The notes below the pieces were generated by a model. The model ran no database searches and was not told where the DNA came from. It worked only from the letters and a program-made list of their open reading frames with translations. The position numbers and the translations under genes were made by a program. A DNA stretch of 64,000 bases from Lama glama (taxonomy: Eukaryota), in assembly GCA_028534125.1 (NCBI GenBank), contig CM052816.1:61196001-61260000 (forward strand). The letters run 5' to 3'. Within the stretch, counting starts at the first letter, position 1; each line of letters begins with the position of its first letter. Positions 27,817 to 41,660 of this stretch are shown here, one piece after another.

Positions 27817-30158
27817 CTGTTAACAGAAGAAGACACCATAAGGACTCATCAAATCAGTATCAAGAAAAATATCTCGCACCTAGAGGAAATATTATCCCAA
27901 TATAAGTTTTTCATTTTATACTTTCTGTAAAGGCTCCTGAGGCTAATGAGAAGCAGTCTCTAATGCAGGACTTGGCTATTCCAGCGGCACTGTAAGGAAC
28001 AATAAGGGTGTGCATGGAGTACTTACCAAAGTATGTCTAGCGTGTAATTTAGTAACTGGGAATGTAGATTTAAAAAGATGTGGTTCTTATACTGAGGCAT
28101 TTTATAGTCTGGGAGTCGGGGGTAGGGAAGAGTACTTAAAAAGATAAAGAACCATACAGGACAGACCAGCTTAGCTGTCAAATGAATGGGACAGTAACTC
28201 AAAGGCAGCAGCATGGAGGGCTGGAGCACTATGCGAAGTCTGAGGGAGAAAGCGGAACCTAGAAGATGGGCAAGAGGAAGAGCTCCGTCAGGACTGGAGA
28301 AGCAGAGACTGCAAGCCTAGGGACTCCCAAACACAGAGGATGTTTAAGAAATGAGCAGACCAATTTAGTGGGATGGGGTTTGTTTAGAATAGAAGTTCTC
28401 AACTTCTATGACAGATGTCTTAGAAAATCTAATCAAAGTCATGGACCCTCCTTCAAATGTTAACATTCATACAAATATAAAGACTTCCATATAATTTCAG
28501 AAGATTCCTAGAAATCTCAGTGGACAGATCCAGTAAGCAGCTGAATATTGGGGCTATTCCTGTTAAATGATGGTGGTAATGTTGTCCACTCTCATTTTCA
28601 CATATTAAAGTTGGTTGTTGGATTTTTCATACATTTTTGGTTTTGACTTCAATAAATCAGTATCGTTTATAGGTATCGTTGGAGTTAAGCTGTGACAATG
28701 AATAGATTTCAACTTTAATATCTTTAGCACTTTGAAGGTATTGTAAATAGGTAAAATGTACACACATGATAAATGGTTGGCAATAAAGCTATCCTTTACA
28801 TACGAAGAAACTACCCAGTTAAACAAGCTACCTTACTCGTGTCAGTCCTCTTAAGACACTGTTACAAAGAAAGCTGAAAAAAAAAATCACCACAAATACC
28901 TGAATAAATTCATAATACCTGTTTAAAAAATCAAATTAGATCATTATTATTTTAGGATTTAATACATCATTTTTTGTTCCTTGATTAAAAAAAGAATGAA
29001 ACATAAGATTTAAAATTTAATATATACAGCACTTGTTTAAGTGAGTTCACTACAGAGTTACAATTTCTGTTTACTTTTAAAAATTAGCTCCAAAAGGTAT
29101 TAAGAAGGAATCAAAATTGCTCAAGAACGTAAATGAGCAGAACAACATGCAGGAGTCTAAAACTGGAAACATATTCTTAAACAAACAATAATACTGAAAA
29201 CCATTTCCTTCCTTACTTTGCCACAAAGACCTGGAACCAGACTTATGTTCTCACTGCCAAACTAGAAACAATGCTGGTGCCTGGTACCCGACACTAGACA
29301 AATGGGGTTTTAACAGCTACTGCAGGAGAGAGATTGAACTCTGAGAACATACACATAAAGTTAGTCTTTAAAAATCTATTCTGAAACTCAAACATTTTTA
29401 TGAATACCCCACAAAGATAAATTTGCGGGAGAGCAAGAACGAATGTCACAAAACTAAAGGTATACTTAAAAGATGAATGATTGGGAAAGAAACTGAATTT
29501 AAGATAATTCTGTTTTAAAAGGTTTCATTTTTTCCCCCACCAGTTTTTACATTTGTTCAATGCACAGGCTACCAGGCTGGCACACTGTCTTAACCATAAA
29601 TGACTCAAGACGTGAGTGAATATATGAACCAAGGGCAAACCACATACAATCTGGGAGCTGCACATGAACCTGCCTGCTGGGAAAGCTCTGCTGAATGGGG
29701 ACCAACCCCATCCTTTTGACACTGACTATGAGATCAACCAGACCTTTTTTATTCAAGAGTTTAAACTCAAGGCTCATAGCAAGATTTAGTGGCTAAAAAT
29801 GAGAGGGAAGCAGTGGGTAGCAAGAGGCAGAAACAAACAAAAATGCAGAGATAAGAGAAGGTAGCCAAGCTCTGCTATGGTAAGACATAGGGAAAGGAAC
29901 TCTTAGTGAGGGTAAAGAGTCACTAGGTCATTAGGGCTGTGCAGGATTCCGGACAACCTCCCAAATTCCAGAACACATGCAGATGTTTACGATATCCAGT
30001 TCTACAGATAGCCTTTGTTCTTACAAAGCCTGGGTACACAGCCAAGGTTTAGCCTTAATTATCCTACAAAACATATCCAATCCTTTGAAGTAACTGGTAT
30101 GAATCTTCATCCCTTATTATTCAAAGGGTCTTATATTATAGAAATAATATATTTTAAG

Positions 30159-30301
30159 GGGGAGGGTATAGCTCAGTGGTAGAGCATGCACTTAGCACGC
30201 ATGAGGTTCTGAGTTCAATCCCCAGTACCTCCATTAAAAAATAATAATAAATAAATAAACCTAATTACCTACCCCCCGACACACAAAAGCAAAAAAAAAA
30301 A
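30159..30301 (+). mobile_element. Camelid-type tRNA-derived SINE
   Basis: ggggagggtatagctcagtggtagag head. Perfect 19-bp TSD agaaataatatattttaag at 30140-30158 and 30302-30320. Confidence 0.92.
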
Positions 30302-30963
30302 AGAAATAATATATTTTAAGTGTAGGAAATATGGAAAATAGAGAAAATCTTAAAGAGTAAATTAAATATCAAGTATAAACCCAGGACCCAAGATACCGGC
30401 CTTTATTAAATTTTTTTCTTCTGATTTTCTTTCTCTGTGCTTTAAAAAAAATGTTATTAAATACTGTCCCTAAACATGATTTTAATGGCTACATAATGTT
30501 ACAGAATGTGAATGTATTATAATTTATTTAGCTATTCTACTGACTGCCACCTGGGGGTTGTTTCCAAGCTTTTGCTATGGTAGAGTACCTGTTTATACAT
30601 AAACTTATACATGATTTTTCCTATATCTGATTATTTCCTTAGATTATGTAAATGCCTAGATGTGGAATTAATTACTGGGCTAGGGTATGAACTTCTTACA
30701 AATTTTGATATATATTGCTCTCCAGAAAGCAGTTATAAAGAGAGTGTACATTTTATAGCACCTTTGCCACATAATAACAATTTTTAATCTTGGTAATATA
30801 ATTCTAAGCAATTATGAATCATTAACCATTTAAGCAGTTACAAATCATTATGCAAAAATCAATGTCTTGTAAAATTGGAAAATGAATTGCCAAGGCAGGA
30901 AGGATAAAATGGTTTATGATGACCACAAAATGAAATATTGATGTGCTTTTGCATCCTACTCAC

Positions 30964-31223
30964 CTATATACTTCACTTCCACATCTGCTAGGGCTTGCAA
31001 ACAGTTCTCGTAAGTTACTTCCTCAACGTCCAGCATGCCAATAGAATCATACACCTGTTTGGTCTGTGCAATGAGCTCCTCAGTTCTTGTTTTGATTTGC
31101 TCTGGTGAAAGATCCCACCTTAAAACATTTCTACCAGCTGCAGTGTAGGAAGACATTGCCTGAAGAGGAGACATCACTTCTCTTCCTAAAGTCATTCTCA
31201 ATAAAATCCTGGAACCACCAACT
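30964..31223 (-). CDS. NLN: NLN exon 2: [50 protein letters not shown]...LADVEVKYI
   Basis: Acceptor ttccttttag|A, donor ATAG|GTGAGT, 260 nt. Overlaps ORF 30956..31201. Confidence 0.97.
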
Positions 31224-31909
31224 CTAAAAGGAATCAGAAAAAAGGATAAAAATCAGGCATTTCTGTTGATCCAAAGTTAACACACAAATGTATATTACCT
31301 AATTAAATTTTAAATTAAAAAGAACTTTTTAATAAAATTAAGCAAGTTTCTTTCAGGGGAACACATATACACAAAACTAATGCACTTGTATTTTCTTTTT
31401 TTCTTGCATAGTGACAGAGTTAATGGAATCTGTACTTTCCAAACACTGAATTGTTTATGTAATTAAATCACATAGAGAAAAAAAGTTAGGTGCCGAAGAC
31501 ATAACAACTGTCCTTTATAAATTAAACCAGTTATCTTTCTTATTTAAACATTTTTCCTGTGCTAATGTCCACCTACTATGTATGTAGACTCAAAAAATAT
31601 TTTGAGATTCAGCAAGGAAACATTTTCAAAATTCTCTTTTTATATGGAACAACAATTTTAAAAATGTTTTACCAAAATTTCAAGAGAATCAACTATGGCA
31701 ATTTGAATTTAAGACTTGGAAAATAAACTCTGGTATAACTATGGTATTATCCTAAAAGAGAAAAGGAAAAAAATTAAGAATCATGATACCCTTCCTTTAC
31801 CCCCTTAAAACACTGAAACTAAAAATTGATGCCGTATGTGTGTACATACATTTATAACATATAATTATGTATAATGTATGATTCGAGAGCTTATAAATAA
31901 AAATATTAT

Positions 31910-32270
31910 AATTAATAGGTAATATTTATTGTGTTTGGGCACTGTACTAAATGCTTTCTATTTACTAACTCAGTTCTCACAACAACCCTATGAGACAGAT
32001 ACTGTGGTTATTCTCATTTAACCAAAGAGGTAACTAAGGCATAGAGAGAAGTAATTTGCTCAAGGTCACACAGCTGGCTATATGGTGGAAGCTAGGATTA
32101 AAAACCAGGTAGTACAGATCCAGAACCCACTCTTCTAACCACAGTGCTAAACTTACTTCCTATTATTGTACAAGACCTCAAAACAACCTTATAATGTAGA
32201 CAGGACAATACTCTCTTTTAACAGATGATGCAATTGAGGCTCAGAGAGGCTGTGACTTGTTTAATGTTAT
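31910..32270 (-). mobile_element. MIR fragments
   Basis: ctcacaacaaccctatgag...gctcaaggtcacacagct and tgaggctcagagagg. Confidence 0.75.
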
Positions 32271-32289
32271 TTGTTTTGCAAATAAGTAT

Positions 32290-33500
32290 GCACTGTGTCT
32301 GGTCATTGTAACAGGCACCAAAGGTTAAAAAAGGCAAATTGACTGGGACCCTGCTATTTATAATATAGTGGAGAAGACAAATTGATAAACAGGCAATTGT
32401 ACTACATTGAGATGAGTGTCATGATAGGGTAAACAGGGAGGACTTTGAAAGACCACAGAAGGAGCGTTTCTAGAAAGATTTTCTAGAAGGAGTAAAGTAA
32501 GACAAGATCTGCACAAGATGCAGGAATTATCCAAAGGCCAAAGGCTGTAAGGCAAGAGAAGTCTGAAAAGGTTAAGTGGGACTAGAGAATGAATAGCTTT
32601 GGGAATCATTTAAGAGTTCAGACTTACTTTGAAGGCAATGAGAGAGCTACTAAAGGGTTTTAATCAGGTGAGAGATGAGAAAAGATATGCATTTTAGAGA
32701 AATCACTCAAATTACAGTGAGTTGAAATGTTTAGAAAACAGGGATCATTTGAAAGGAAAGCTCCAAGTGTAACTGGGGAATAATATTATAGTATACCTAA
32801 TTAGGAAACACAGGGAATTGGAGTGATGTAAAAGATATTCAGGAAGTAGCATCAGTGTGATCTGGTACTGAATGGATGTCAGGAGGAGGTGAGAGAACAA
32901 AAGATGATGTCCAGGCTTCTATATTGGAACTGGAGAGATGGACAGAGGCGCTGTTGCTAAAAAAGGGAATTTAGATGAAGGAGGAGGCTCTTTCGGGGGG
33001 GAGGGAAAGAAAAATTCAAGTTTGGATTTGTCAAGTCTGAAGCAGCTGTGGTACATGTAAGAGGAATTCATTAATACTAAACGGTAATTGGAGTTACATG
33101 GGTGGTTGAACTGGCCCAAGGGAATCTGCAGAGTAAGAACAGAAGAACAACTGAGCTCTAACTCTAGTTTAATCATTAAGGTAAAAGGAAAACCAAGTAG
33201 GATGGGCTCTAGGAATTGTGAAAAGTAAAACTGAAAAACGGAGGGAGTGAATAACAGTATGAAATGCTGTACAAATCTCAAAGACAGAAGACTCTCTGCT
33301 GAATTTAGCAGCAGGAATGTCACTGGTGACTCTGGTAAGAGCAGTGTCAGTGGGGTAGTTGCAGGGGTAGAAGTCAGATTTCTGTGGTTGGGGGCTACAG
33401 AGAAGTGAAGAGCTGGAGAGAGCGTAGCTCAGCAATTCCCCACAGAGCTGGCTGTGAAAACAAGGAGACCTAATGCAGTATAAGAGGCTGAGACACAGGA
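32290..33500 (-). mobile_element. L2 fragment
   Basis: Purine-rich strand with aagggttttaatcagg, tttagcagcaggaatgtcactggtgactctggtaagagcagt. Confidence 0.7.
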
Positions 33501-36500
33501 GGGTGCATTTTAACACAGGAGAAACCAGAATACTGACCCCTTAACTGTCTCCACAATAACTGATGTCCCCCATGTGAAACCTACTGGCTGATGGTTACAC
33601 TCAAGATTGGCAGACTATTTTCTAATGCATTTCCTCATTTTTCCTTCAACCAGTTTACATATTTACCAAGAGTTAAGTCTTTTTGTTCCTAAATCTGTTT
33701 ATGCCTATTACACTTGTTGCCATGTAATTTAAATATTTAACTGATTAAATGCATGCAAAAAGAATGATCTGTTGTTTAGGTAAACCATATGGGGAATACT
33801 TTTAAAACGATAGTTACTAAAAAGCTAACCCCACCCCCCAAAAAAACACACCAAAACTGCTGTTACAGAAGATTGAGGAAAGAATTATGAAGATTCAGAA
33901 GGCTTCTAAATTCAGATTACTTATATATGTCTGGAGTGCTCTTTTTCTACTTTAAAGAAACTGAAATTGGAAATGAAAAATTTTCAGTAGAGTTTATACA
34001 AGGACAGTGAGGAATGCCAATCAAGTGATTCACACTTAACAAAAAGGCCTTGGTCCTACATTAAAATATATGAAAATAATTACACATTTATATCTTGTGT
34101 GAATACACTGTTTGAGCTATTTATCTTTTTTTATGATTCTATTTGAAACCAATTTTTAAAATTAAGTATGAAATGACATACGGAACAAGGTCCTAACAGA
34201 GGTCGGAAGAAACAGTATATAAACCATGGGCAGAGCAAATTGTTTTCGACAGGAAGATACTAAACTGGGTAAAATCAATGAAACAGGTAAAATGGAAGCA
34301 GTTAGGGTATAGTAAAAAAGTGAGATGTTTGAATTTAAGAAATCAGAGGTTAAGCCTGACAGAACCTAGATATTTTTCTAGAAGTGGATGGTTGATATAA
34401 ACGAGTTGAAAAGAGCAAAGAACCGACAGCCTCGTATTGGACAGACAGTCTGTGTGAACACTGGAGTCAGCAGCTTGACAGCTGGGCCTGGGAGTGGAAA
34501 AGACTGAACCAGGAACCAAAACCTTCAAAGAATGAAGGGGAAAGACCACGTGGGTGGAAAGGACACATGAGCCGGGGTAGAGAATGGTAAAATCAGACTA
34601 TGGGCCTCGAAGGTGTTTTACACAACGGTGAACAAATGCTGGCCTGGGAGCACAACTGGAGACGAGGCAGGAGTCTGGGAACTAAGATGCAGATCTTTCC
34701 TCCTTCTTTGTGGTCTGGGGTAGGGAAGAAAGAGGGATGTGGGGAAATATTTTCCTCAGGATTGAGTCTATTTCAGGAAAGGGTAAGAGAAGAGAGGATC
34801 CAGAAAGTATGGAAATGGAGGGGTTTGCTTACTAAGCTACAAGGGCTCCAGAAATAACAAAGGAGGAGTCCTAGAGTATAACTGATAGATGAGGACGTGC
34901 TGGTTGTCCAGCCATTACCTCCTCCCCCATATGATTACCACACTCTTTCCTCCCCGTACTCATGCATCCCCCACAAAGTTCATGGTCTGAAGGTGGCTGC
35001 CCCTGCCCTTCGAGCTCCTGTGAGAGAAAGGGGCCTCGTTCCTACCGAGTGTAACTAAGCAAACTTGTGTCCTTAGTGCAGCTGGCATCCACCTTATGAG
35101 AAAGAGTGGAACCTAATTTACGATGAACTAAACGCTGTGAACAGAAGAATAAAGGAAGGAAACCAAATATTTACTGACATCACTGACCCCTTAGCTCAAC
35201 TAAGTCTGAAGCCTGACCTAGAGCTAGACTTTCTAGTTATGTGAGTCTATTGTTTATGCCAGTTCAAATGTGGTTTTATGCTATTTGCTTCATACAGGAT
35301 CTTAACTGACAAAGGAATAAAAATTGATAACGGAATGAGCTCAGAAAAAACAGAGTATGAAGGTCAGGGTATAAGAAATGATGGCTGACTGGAGGGTCTT
35401 ACATGCTTGGTGGTGGCCCAGCGTAATAGGGTTATGAAGTCCAGTGTGTGGAGTTGGCTGAAAATTTCCAAAACAATCACTCCCTTAACCCCTCATGGAT
35501 ACGTATGACTGAGGCCTTGGCCATGACTGGTTCGGGTTCCAAGGAAGTTCCAGTGAAGAGGCTGGCCACGGGATTACTGAGGTAAAGAATAGTGACAGGA
35601 CGGACAAACAACATAAGATTTCTGCATCTCAGTACCGTGCTCTTGTCACCATTCCTCTCAGTACAAACCAATTATTCTGGACAAATTTTCATTACTGTTA
35701 AACAGCTTTAAAAGAAAATTACATCAACCATTTCACTGATAAGATAACCTCCACTGGTCTTCATTTATTTCCTGACATTTATCAAAAGATTGTTATGTCA
35801 CAGCACACCTGATTTCAACTCAGGTAAGCTGATAAAGATGTCAGCACCTTCATTTCGGCTAAACAGCTATACCCATAACCACACTTGCACAGTTTCTGTT
35901 GCAAGTACTGAAAAGCTACCACCCCTTCCTTAAAGTAGTATTATTCCTAAAGTGTGGAAGGGGTAAAAAGAAAGGGACAGAAGTTAGAAATCATGATTTC
36001 ATGGGTCATCAGAACACATGGAAATTTTTTATCTTCTTGCCTTCTGGGATTTTGCCTCAATTCCTTTCAGGACTTATAATTCTTGTTACCAAAGAAAATG
36101 AATGGAGACAGAAGGATTTCCTTATACTTTTAACTAAAATAGTTTGATTTATTGAGAATTTTTGTCTCTGCATCGTCTCTGCTTTTCCTCTTCCATTTTA
36201 TTTTGCTGAGGATCCCTCCTCTTCTCTTTTATTATGATTTCAGGCTCATTCAGATGCTGGTATGTTTGTCTCTTCCTCCTGTTCAGGCTCTGCAGCCCTG
36301 GAGAACCAGACTTGGGGGGAAAACCAGTGTACCTGCAGTCATTCTAACAACTGTGCTTACACCCTTGAGAATCTGGTGAGGCTTTTTTATTGATTTTCTG
36401 CAACTGAGAGCTACAAAATTTGAAAGCAGGCAACATGCTGTGATCCTGTCTTTCTTTACAGGAGTTCTTACGTGCAATTATCTGAACATGAAAATCTAGA

Positions 36501-36847
36501 TTAAATCTGAGATTCCTACTATCTAATTAAACACTAGGTTTTTTTCCCCTACAAACTTCCAGGCTCTCTGCTACTTCAGTTGCAACCACACTGTCTTCAT
36601 TCTCTCCTTTGTCTTTAAAGCACTTTTCAACATCCAACTCTGAAATTTCTAACCAAGAAATAATACAGAATACCTCAGTGGAATTGACAGGAAAATGCAT
36701 TTGTTACGGGTCTGGTCTCCTGTGTCTAAAAAACAAATAAAGTACTTAGCGAGAGGAAACAAATGGGGCAGATTTTGATAGAGATCACCGGGTTACAGAA
36801 TTTCATTTGGACAAATGAGCACGCCACAGTTATTCTGAGTTAATTAT

Positions 36848-36918
36848 TGTCTTAAAAAGTTTAGCAAAACACTTTATGGAATGTCTTAAAAAGTTTAGCA
36901 AAACATTTTCAGAAATGT
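36848..36918. repeat. Imperfect tandem duplication, period 34 bp
   Basis: tgtcttaaaaagtttagcaaaaca at 36848-36871 and 36882-36905, with diverged tails. Confidence 0.9.
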
Positions 36919-37571
36919 TCTGATTTGCTGGATTCATTTTCTTTTGAAGCATAATTTAAAGGCCTCCACTCCCTCCTACCAAGGTGTCTTTGACCATTCC
37001 AGTTCATACAGATCTTCTATCACCTTTTATCTGTGCCATTCATTTTAGACACTTAAATAACTGTCATCCACCTGTTTCAATGTTTGTGTTGTATTAAAAG
37101 TTAGACTAGGACTTTCCCCCACAATAACCACTGTACATTTCTTGTGTCACAACCCTGGAACACTGCTGAGCACACAGCAGATGTTTGATATATTTGAAAT
37201 GAGATGGCGCTGACATGGCTAAAACATTACTGCCAACACCATCTCTCTTCATCACCACAAATAAACATCCATACAGGGAAGTGTTTTATCAGAGCCAGGA
37301 TTAGAGAGAAACTCCATTGTGTTAAATATTATAACTCCCATTTCCTCAGAATTTACATTTAATCCACGTTCCCACTCTTCCCTTATAGTGTTACTGTGTT
37401 GTAGTACATGGTTCGCATGGCATTTCCTGAAATGGGCCCCAATTCTTTGAAATACTTAACAAATATTCCTAGAATTTACTTTGGAACTAATGTTTCTCTG
37501 CAAGCTGCTGTTGAGGGCTGCATTTCATCAACCCCTCCCTCATTCCCCTGACTGGAATTCCTTTATGTTCC

Positions 37572-37696
37572 TTTTTTGGGGGGGCAGGGGTAATTAGGTT
37601 TATTTGTTTGTTTATTTAGTGGAGGTACTGGGAATCGAACTCAGGACCTCATGCATGCTAGGCATGCATTCCACCACTGAGCTATACCCGCTCCCC
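37572..37696 (-). mobile_element. Camelid-type tRNA-derived SINE
   Basis: Reverse complement of the ggtatagctcagtggtgg...gagttcgattcccagtacctcca head. Imperfect TSD (ctttatgttcct / ccttatgtttct). Confidence 0.88.
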
Positions 37697-37992
37697 ACCT
37701 TATGTTTCTTTTAGTTATTTCTCATCTGGCTATTTTGTCAGAACCATTCCTTTCTAATGTTGATTCCTAGTGTTCACAAAGTTGTGTTTTTCAGCCACTG
37801 ACTTAACTAAGTCACCCCTCTCCTTACAACGTACAGTCCACAGCTCAAGTCCGGGCTCCTTTCATCAGAGTACATAGGGCTCCTTAATTTCGGATTTCAC
37901 CACGTGCCTCCTCCAGGCTTACCTGCTCCTTCAGGCACTTAGCCCACTTCTACCATGAAGCCTTCAGCCAAGCAGCACTCTGTCTGCTGCAT

Positions 37993-38184
37993 CTGTGCTG
38001 TCCAGCACAGTAGCCACATGTGGTTATTTAAATTTAAAGTAAACAAAATAAAAAACTCAGTTCTTCAGTTGCAGTAGGCACATTTCAAATGCTCACCAGC
38101 CACCACGGTAAGCGGCGACCACACTGGGCAGCACAGACAGAGAGCATTTTCATCACTGCAGAAAGTTCCAGTGGACAGTGCCGC
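37993..38184. mobile_element. MER3/MER33-like hAT-Charlie MITE
   Basis: ctgtgctgtcca...tagccacatgtgg...cacatttcaaatgctca...tcactgcagaaagttc...tggacagtgc. Confidence 0.8.
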
Positions 38185-38739
38185 AGCAGACGATCTCACT
38201 TCAGGAAGGAGATGTGCGCCTGTTCCCTCCTATGGGTATCCTTTCTCCTTCCCCTCACAAAGCAGCTCCCTCAGTGTCTTCTTTGGAGGAAAGAAAGAAC
38301 AGAGCAAGTGAGGAAGGGAGAACTCTTTACTAAATAGTTCCTACGTACCAGGCAGTGTTAAAAACACTTATTTAATCCTAACACCATTCTGAGAAATACG
38401 TCTGTTTTCATGAGCATCAGTGTAGTAGAAAAGACTTTTAGTTCTTTCCACAAGAAGCAGGGCCAAAAGATACCAACAATATAATTAAAATATAAAAAAG
38501 GCTTTTCTACATAATCGTTTAAATTTTACAAATCTTTTTTTTTTTTTTAATAACCGGGAGTTAATCTTAGCTGTGCTTACCAAGATAGAGGTCAAGTTAC
38601 AAAATTTGACCTGCAGGTTCCTGGTGCTAGTCCCTCCACATATCAAAAACTTACTGTTTTCTCTTGACTGTAAGTGTCCTTTTCTCTCTCATATTCCTGC
38701 CACTATCCCAAAGGTTAAAGCATCTCCAACTGGTGAACC

Positions 38740-41660
38740 ACTCCCGTAGTCCCAGTCTCTCTCCTGATACTCAAACTTCAACTTTCTCATACCCCCGGTC
38801 TCTTCACAGAGCACTCTCTTTCCCACTCTGTCTTAACTGAAACCTCCCTGGAGAACATCACCTCCACTGTGAAGCCTCTCCTTCTTTCAGGCTCCTCATG
38901 CTACTGGGCCTTGTGACAGGGTGAACTTTCTCCTAGATCCCCAGCAGTTTCCAAATCACTACTGTACCACAACCCTACTCCTCTGAGGCTGTTGCCTTTC
39001 TGGACCACTCACTGCCATCAAGTGATCTCTCTGCTACTCCCTCACATTTATCGAAGATTTGGCTCTATAGCCTTTCCATCTTAAGCTCCAAAATCATGCC
39101 ATGGAGACTCTAAGGGTAGAGGGATGAGCCAGACCACTCCCTTAACTTCAGTGTCTTGACCCACTTCACTCCAAGAATCTTACCACCACTTGCAGATGCT
39201 CCTAAGAAATGACAAATTCTGATACTCCACTCTCTGACCACAACCTAACTTTTTAGCTTCCATTTCGCTATTGCTATGAGACCTTTTTTTTTTTTTTTAA
39301 ACCTCATTTCGATCTCAGGTCCTTTGATCCTTCCCTTTCCTCACTCTAACAAGCCTTTTCTGCAGCTCCACTTAGACCTGGGGAATTTCCACACTTTCAA
39401 GGGGCCCACCCTGGCCTTCCTCCATCTGCACTCTGATCAAAAGAACTAAGAGGAGGTGCCCATGCAGAGCCTCGCCCCTGCCCACCACACAACTATGCTT
39501 TGAGCAGCCAGGGCTCCAGGACTCCTTGCTCAAATGGCTCCCAGAGCCTATATGGGCTCCTTCCCTGGGTCAGCACTCCTGAGGTTGAACTGCACCATTG
39601 GTGTGTACACCTGTTGGACTGAGGGGTGTCATAGGTAGGAGAGAGTGTGGCTGGAGCTTGAACTTACAGGTGGGGGTGTCCATGCACATATGAGGCCCCT
39701 CAAGGTACAGGAGGGGGCCAGGGTGGACTCCCGATTGGACTATTGTCCCAGGTTACATAAATGTGAGCAGTGAGCCTTATGTATTAATCCAACATCCTTC
39801 TCGAAAACCCAAACTGCCCTGCTCCTAGTCCTTCTGCTATATCCATCTGCCCCAAACCATTTTAACTTCCCTATTCTTACATCTAGATTACTGAACAAGG
39901 TGGTAGATTTTGATGCATTTATATCATGGTCTCTGATTCGAGCTGGACTCTCAAGGCTTTAAGAAAATCCATCCATCAAGATCTGCCTCTCATTCCCCAC
40001 ACCACTTATTTCAAACTATGACCAGCCTCCCAACATTTCTCAGAGCTCTCACTGCTGCTAGCTGACCTTGCTGCCTATGTTACTGAGGCCATTACACAGA
40101 AATTCCCTCAATTTCTCACCTAGAAACATAGCTACATTGATAATCACCCTTTCTTCTTTTCTCCTAACTAGTAGAGGAGGCTATCTGTCTTGTCCAATTT
40201 CTCACTCTGTGCTTGGGTCCTCTCTCACCTCTTCTGGGAAGAGAAGAATTTTAAGTATCTCCTTTGTATTGTCTCTTTACACACATACACATGCCTGAGT
40301 CCTTAGTTTCCTCATCTAAATAAAGCAAAACAGTAACTTCCTTGATCCTGGGTCTCTCACTAGAAAACACCTTCTATTTCTCCCCTTCCCTTCATCACCA
40401 AGATTTTTCAGAATGGTTGAGCCAGCCTTGCTGTCTTCATGTTCTCATCTATCTTTGATTCTTCAATCTACTTCAGTCTGGGTCTTGGCCTCATAAAAAA
40501 ATGAAAACTGCTCTCAGAGGGTCCCAATTTCTATTAAACCCAACTGATGTTCTTCAGTACTTACCTATCTTGACTTTTTGTGGTATTTGACAGTGTTGCA
40601 AGCAATTTTTTACTCCCTCTTTTTTGCAGTTTTCCCTTCTCTTAGCACCTGTGATAATAATTCTTTTCATTCTATGTCTCTGGCTGTATCTTCACAAGTT
40701 CCACCATCTGCTCTTCTTTTATCTTCTTCTTTAGGATTCCCCAGTATTCCTCAGGATTCAGTTCCATGCTCTCTTCTCTTCTCTTTTCATTTTATACACC
40801 CTTCTAGGTGTTCTGGTCCCCTTGTGTGGCTACATATGCAACCTACAGCTAAAGACTTCCACATCTGTATATCCAGCTCCAATCTCCTGAACTTTAGACT
40901 CACATATCTAACGCCTATTGGATAGCTCCACCTGGATGTCAATGGTCACCTCAAATCTACTGTGTCCAAAAATAAAGTGACGACCTTCCTTAGTTCCTAG
41001 AACCAAACCTGTCCTCCTCCTTTATTCCTTATCTCAATTCAGATCACCAGCATGCATTCAGTTGCCCAAGTCAAAAACCTAGGAGACTTTCTAGATGCCT
41101 TCTGACATATCTTCCAGATCGCCTGCAGAATAATTCTTCTAAAATGTAAATCTTGTCATGGCACTTTCCTTCAGTGCCATGGTTCGGGATCAAGTTCTGA
41201 CTTCACTGACTTCAGGATCAAGTTCAAGCTACTTACACAAGGCCCACTGGATCTGCCCCTATGTCACCCTTCTGCCCTTGAATCTATGCTCTTGGCATAA
41301 ATAACTACTTTCACATCTCCCTAAGACTGTTAGGCTCTCTTCAGGCCTTTCCAATGTCTCCCCCTCTGCCTGGAATACCTTTCCTCTCCCTTTCCTGAGA
41401 AACATCATTTCTATCATGTCTTATTTACCTTTTATATCTCAGCTCAGATTTCATTGGCTCCAGGAAGCCTTCTCTAACTACTTACAGCTGTTTTATTAAT
41501 TCTTCCTCTGTGCTCCTAAACTATCCCACATGTACAGTGATCAAAGCACTTATCACACTGCATAGTATTCACTTATCTACTCAGCTGTGTCTCCAACAGA
41601 CCCTGAACAGAGACTGCGTTTCAGTGATATTAGTAGGCCCTGAAATTAACATAGTTTGTG
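38740..41660 (+). mobile_element. Long degenerate L2 (ORF2 remnant to 3' end)
   Basis: Pyrimidine-rich strand with ttaactgaaacct, ccactctctgaccacaacct, ctccacctggatgtc...acctcaaatc, ctctgcctggaatac, ccaggaagccttctctaac. Confidence 0.7.
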
